From positions 736,001-800,000 of the forward strand of contig CAVTRC010000001.1 of assembly GCA_963737065.1 (NCBI GenBank): a stretch of 64,000 nucleotides of DNA, read 5' to 3'. Positions 59,849 through 64,000 of the stretch are shown one piece after another (positions within the stretch are counted from its first letter, which is position 1; each line of letters opens with the position of its first letter). Both the position numbers and the translations under genes were made by a program. Below the pieces are notes generated by a model. That model made no database searches, was not told the DNA's origin, and was given only the letters and a program-made list of their open reading frames with translations. The stretch comes from Candidatus Eremiobacteria bacterium. Lineage in GTDB: Bacteria > Vulcanimicrobiota > Vulcanimicrobiia > Vulcanimicrobiales > Vulcanimicrobiaceae.

Positions 59849-61238
59849 TCCGCGTGCCTCCGACCGTAATCGACGCGATCTTCACCGTCGGCATGCCGAC
59901 GCCGACCGGAACGTGCTGGCCGCCTTTTCCGCATGTGTAGTGCCCGCGCGCGAGGCGGCTATCGTTGCCGACCGCCGTCACCTTCGTCATCACGTCCGGA
60001 CCGTTTCCAACGATGGTCGCGTTTTTCACCGGTCGCGTGACCTTCCCGTTTTCGATCAGGTAGCCTTCGGCGACCATAAACACAAAGTCGCCCTTGCTGA
60101 TCTCGACTTGACCGCCGGCAAACGATTTTGCATAGAGCCCGCGAGTTGTCGATGCAATGATCTCGTCGACGCTCGACGCACCGTCCGGCATGTACGTGTT
60201 GCACATGCGCGGCTGCGGAAGAAAGCGGAACGATTGCCGGCGGCCGCTGCCCGTGGGTTGGGCACGCATCAACCGCGCGTTGAGCGTGTCTTGCATGTAC
60301 CCGCGCAACATGCCGTTTTCGACGAGCACCTTGTGCTGCCCGGGAACGCCCTCATCGTCGACGGCGATCGATCCGCGGGCGTCGGGAATGTCGCCGTCAT
60401 CGTAGATCGTCACGATATCGCTCGCAACGCGTTCTCCGACTCGTCCGCTGTAGAGCGACGTACCGCGACGATTGAAGTCGCTCTCTAAACCATGACCGAC
60501 TGCTTCGTGCAGCAAAACGCCGCCGCCGCCCGATCCAACGACCATCTCCATCTCACCGGCGGGCGCGGCTATCGCTTCGAGATTCGACGTTGCGATGCGC
60601 GCAGCGTCGCGTGCGAGCGTTTCGGGCGTGTTCCGATCGTAGAAGGCGATCGACGTGCGTCCGCCATCGCCGACGTAGCCCGATCCGCGTTCGCGATTGC
60701 TCGTCGCGACGGCTTGAATGCCGAGCGTGACCATCGGCCGGTGATCGTGAACGAAGCGTCCGTCGCTCGATGCAATCCACACGTCCTGCAACTCGTCGGT
60801 GATGTGCGCGTTGACCGAAGCGATACGCGGGTCGTACTGCCGTGCCGCAACGTCCGCGCGCGCGAGCAGCGTAACGTATTGCGTTGCGGCGGCGTGCGAC
60901 GTGCGCTCTTCATCGTATAAATGCGGCACATCAACGTCCTGCAATGCGATGCTCATCTCTTGCGCCGCAGGAAGCGTGCGCGCCACGAGCGATGCGGCGT
61001 CCGCCGCTCGCATCAGCGCGTCGATCGAAAGATCGTCAGAGTACGCATATCCGGCCGACTCTCCCAGTACGACCCGAATACCGACGCCTTGCGTAATGGA
61101 GGACGATCCCTCATGAACTTTGCCGTCCTGCAGCCGGAAGGCGTAGCTGCGCCGGCGTTCACAGAAGATGTCGGCGAAATCGCCGCCGTGGCGCAACGCG
61201 CGCATCAACAAGCGATTCAGCAGATCCCGATCGAGCAT
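59835..61238 (-). CDS. tldD: TldD metalloprotease
   Basis: GVGIRV, LLHEAVGHGLESD, DDEG, TGSGRRQS, PRMCNT, CGKGGQ.VPV..G.PT. Confidence 0.94.
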   Translation of the reverse strand: MLDRDLLNRLLMRALRHGGDFADIFCERRRSYAFRLQDGKVHEGSSSITQGVGIRVVLGESAGYAYSDDLSIDALMRAADAASLVARTLPAAQEMSIALQDVDVPHLYDEERTSHAAATQYVTLLARADVAARQYDPRIASVNAHITDELQDVWIASSDGRFVHDHRPMVTLGIQAVATSNRERGSGYVGDGGRTSIAFYDRNTPETLARDAARIATSNLEAIAAPAGEMEMVVGSGGGGVLLHEAVGHGLESDFNRRGTSLYSGRVGERVASDIVTIYDDGDIPDARGSIAVDDEGVPGQHKVLVENGMLRGYMQDTLNARLMRAQPTGSGRRQSFRFLPQPRMCNTYMPDGASSVDEIIASTTRGLYAKSFAGGQVEISKGDFVFMVAEGYLIENGKVTRPVKNATIVGNGPDVMTKVTAVGNDSRLARGHYTCGKGGQHVPVGVGMPTVKIASITVGGTRNDGA

Positions 61239-61270
61239 CCGTTTCTACGATTCCTTTAGAAGTTGCGTTG

Positions 61271-62812
61271 CTAGAATTGCGATAAGTTGTCGAGCGCATG
61301 TACGTAGGCGTCGTCGGGATCACCGGGCGAATCATTGATCATAAAGGCGAACGCGAGCCTCCCGTGGCGTCTCGTGTCCACGTACCCGGCCAGCGAATCC
61401 GCATCACTCAAGTGCCCCGTCTTCGCCCGCACACGGGCCGTCGTGAAGTGATAGTATTTGAGCGTTCCGTCACGGCCGCCGGCCGGAAGCAGCGGATAGA
61501 GTTCAGCGCCGTTGTCCCGCAACTCTGCATCACTGAGAATGCGCGCGAGCGTCAATGCCGAGATGCGGTTGGCTTCCGCTAGTCCGCTTCCGTCATATAG
61601 CCGAATTCCGGGCGTGGGAATCGAGCGTGACTGCAAAAACTCGATCTCGGCTGCGATACCATCCCGGTCGTCGGCGTCGGCGGCGATGTCCCCGCCGATT
61701 GTGCGCAGGAGCTGCTCGGCGAAGTGATTGTCGGAGACGTAGAGCATGTGCGCCACCAGCGACGGCAACGGCGCTGAGCGATGTTCCCATAAGGCGATGG
61801 AATCGAGCGGAACCGTACCGACCGACGGCGGTGATGACGTACGAATGCCGGATTGCGAGAGCATCATCTGCAATGTCGCTCCCGCATGGCGCGGAATGTC
61901 ATGAATCGGCAGCCAGAACTTCTCCTCTGCCCCAGCCGGAATCTCGCCGCTGAATGCAAACGTGTTCGCATCCTCGGGTGCAATGATGACCGAGTCAGCC
62001 CCGCTGCTCGTCGTCACGGTTCCGTACGTGTGGATGTCGCCGCTCTTCGGGATAACGACGACGCGCGCGGCGTCGCCGGGCGCCGTGCCGTAGACACGAA
62101 ACTCCTCTGTATCACCGTCGAGCGAAATACCGCTCACCGGCGTTTGAAAATCTTCGCCCGCGTCAGCGGCGCTCCAATGCGGATTGATCTCCGGTCCATG
62201 AATTGCGCTCGGATCGATCGCGGCGCCTCCGTCGATCCGCGACAGTCCGGCGCGGCGCAGTGCAGCTACGCCCGACTCTAGATCGCTGCTGCGGAACGAT
62301 GGATCACCCGAACCGACGAGCCACAGATTCCCATCGAGCACGCCGTCGGAGCCGATCGGATGATCGGCGGCAAGCAACGTGTGAAAGCGATACGCCGGCC
62401 CGAGCAGATTGAGCGCTGCATATGCGACGATCAGCTTTTGAACCGATGCAGGCGTAGCAACCGTCGAAGCACCGACTGAATAGATCGTTTCGCCGCGCGC
62501 GCCGATCACCACGAGGCTTGCACGATCGCCGGCGCCGATGGCCGGCGCAAACGTTTGCGCAAGCATCGTGTGCACGCGCGCAAGTTCAGCCGGCGACCAC
62601 GCGTTCGCGGGCGCAGCAGTAGGCACCGGCGCGGGCGTCCGGCGCATCGCAATGGTGGTCGCTCGCGGCTGATGTTCCAGCGCGGCCCGGATCAACGCGA
62701 AGGCCGCGAGAACGATGACGAGGAGCGATGCAAGCGCGAGCGTTTTGGGTTTACGAGCTCGAGATCGCGTCGATCTTGTCTTGTAGTTTGCGTTGATCTT
62801 CACGTAGGGCAT
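61271..62812 (-). CDS. dacB: D-alanyl-D-alanine carboxypeptidase/endopeptidase (peptidase S13); start uncertain
   Basis: PASVQK (SxxK), GSGDP, SDN (SxN), DGSGL, AKTG; N-terminal TM. Confidence 0.92.
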   Translation of the reverse strand: MPYVKINANYKTRSTRSRARKPKTLALASLLVIVLAAFALIRAALEHQPRATTIAMRRTPAPVPTAAPANAWSPAELARVHTMLAQTFAPAIGAGDRASLVVIGARGETIYSVGASTVATPASVQKLIVAYAALNLLGPAYRFHTLLAADHPIGSDGVLDGNLWLVGSGDPSFRSSDLESGVAALRRAGLSRIDGGAAIDPSAIHGPEINPHWSAADAGEDFQTPVSGISLDGDTEEFRVYGTAPGDAARVVVIPKSGDIHTYGTVTTSSGADSVIIAPEDANTFAFSGEIPAGAEEKFWLPIHDIPRHAGATLQMMLSQSGIRTSSPPSVGTVPLDSIALWEHRSAPLPSLVAHMLYVSDNHFAEQLLRTIGGDIAADADDRDGIAAEIEFLQSRSIPTPGIRLYDGSGLAEANRISALTLARILSDAELRDNGAELYPLLPAGGRDGTLKYYHFTTARVRAKTGHLSDADSLAGYVDTRRHGRLAFAFMINDSPGDPDDAYVHALDNLSQF

Positions 62813-64000
62813 CGAGGTCGGTACGCAAGGCGGTTACCTGCGCAGGCACTTTCTGCGCTTCACGGATGCGCTGTACGGCTTCAATCGCGTCACGACGCAC
62901 GCGGCCGTCGAATCCACTCGTGCCGAGTCGATCGAGCGTTCCGAGGAGACGGTTCTCGCCGAGAGATTCCGCGGCCGCAATTGCCGCAAGTTGCACGAGG
63001 AACATCGGATCGTCCAGCAATCCATCGAGCGCATCGATGATTCGCGTTCGCGCTTCGCTCACGAGTTCGCCGGCGCGCGCGAGCGCCGAGACTGCGGCGC
63101 GGCGGAGGCCTTCGTCACGGCCCAGTTTGGTTGCGTCGATGAGCGGATCGATCGCGCGTTCATCAGCGAGTTCGGCGAGGCCGCGCGCGGCACCGGCGGC
63201 AACCGTTCCGTTCCACGTTTTGTCGTTCGCTGCTTCGCGCAACACATCGAACGCGCGCGCATCGCGCGTTTTCCCGAGCGATGTCAACGCCGCCGCGCGC
63301 ACGAAGTACGATTCGTCGTGCGCAGCCAGCGGAAGCAGCGCGGTTGCCACGCCTTCCTCTCGGAAGTTGCCCAGCGCGCCGGCCGCAGCGCGTCGGACTT
63401 TCGGGTGCGAATGCGCGAGTGCGCGCACGAGAATCGAGCGCGCCCAGGGCGCACGCGTTGCACTGAGCGCGTTCGCTGTTTCTTCCAAGACGCCCCAAAA
63501 CGGTTCGCGTTCGAACGCATTCGCGAGCGCTTCCTGCGCTCGCTGGGAGCCGTCCTTCGCCAATTCGCGTGCGGCGCGGATACGAGCAACGGGACCCGGA
63601 TCCGAGGCCAGAGTAACGGCGGCGAACTCCGTCCCGAATTTGTACGTGACGCTTCCAAGCACAAACCCACCGGGATCGAAGCGCACGAGTTTCGGCTCGG
63701 CATCGAGCGGAACGGTCAGCGTCTCGTGCGCACGCGCGACGTGGACCGGAATCCTTCGTTCGCCCGGTACGGGTCCAGCGCCGAAGTGTGTCCCGATCGT
63801 TGCGGGCGGCTGCGTGCAAAACCCCATGTCAATGTCGAACCGATACGCAGGATTGTCATCGTCGATCTTCTGCTTCTGATCGATCGTCACGGTGGCTGCG
63901 CTGCGCTGCGCATCCCATGCGACGCTCACTTCGAGCTCGGGGTGGCCGCCGCGAAAGACCCATTGATCGAAGAACGCGCGCATGTTGCGTCCGGTCGTTT
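62751..64000 (-). CDS. C-terminal part of an M1-family aminopeptidase with HEAT repeats (5' end outside window)
   Basis: FFDQWVFRGGHPEL.V, VRFDP, repeated 'VRRAAA.ALG' HEAT units, terminal coiled coil. Confidence 0.82.
   Translation of the reverse strand, partial: TTGRNMRAFFDQWVFRGGHPELEVSVAWDAQRSAATVTIDQKQKIDDDNPAYRFDIDMGFCTQPPATIGTHFGAGPVPGERRIPVHVARAHETLTVPLDAEPKLVRFDPGGFVLGSVTYKFGTEFAAVTLASDPGPVARIRAARELAKDGSQRAQEALANAFEREPFWGVLEETANALSATRAPWARSILVRALAHSHPKVRRAAAGALGNFREEGVATALLPLAAHDESYFVRAAALTSLGKTRDARAFDVLREAANDKTWNGTVAAGAARGLAELADERAIDPLIDATKLGRDEGLRRAAVSALARAGELVSEARTRIIDALDGLLDDPMFLVQLAAIAAAESLGENRLLGTLDRLGTSGFDGRVRRDAIEAVQRIREAQKVPAQVTALRTDLDALREDQRKLQDKIDAISSS

Overview
GC-rich bacterial chromosomal window, densely coding (~60 CDS). 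I found no rRNA, tRNA, CRISPR array or intact transposase. Red-type form IE-like RuBisCO, futalosine menaquinone genes and secreted TonB-C proteins suggest Eremiobacterota/Vulcanimicrobiota, but this is inference only. The centrepiece is a split Calvin-cycle locus, cbbX-cbbS-cbbL <- cbbR | fba-fbp-prk-comB ->, with three unusual traits. (1) cbbR is bracketed by two mirror-image copies of one ~67-bp promoter (LysR box, -35 and -10, identical spacing, 25/26-nt identical core), and the two LysR boxes contain the cbbR stop and start codons. (2) The red-type small subunit stops before the C-terminal beta-hairpin normally found in red RbcS. (3) The operon ends in a ComB-family phosphatase where a CbbZ/CbbY-type phosphatase would be expected. 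Also present are a 2-oxoacid dehydrogenase cluster with tandem E1-alpha paralogs, a queD-queE-mqnB-mqnD-namZ operon, a YtpB-like terpene cyclase, a DDAH-fold protein with altered catalytic residues, a small degraded island at ~48 kb, and housekeeping genes (lhr, trxB, pepP, malic enzyme, tldD/E, dacB, M1 aminopeptidase). Several +1 frameshifts cluster at 16.3-22.1 kb and are probably sequencing errors. All family calls come from motif recognition by eye; no database searches were run.
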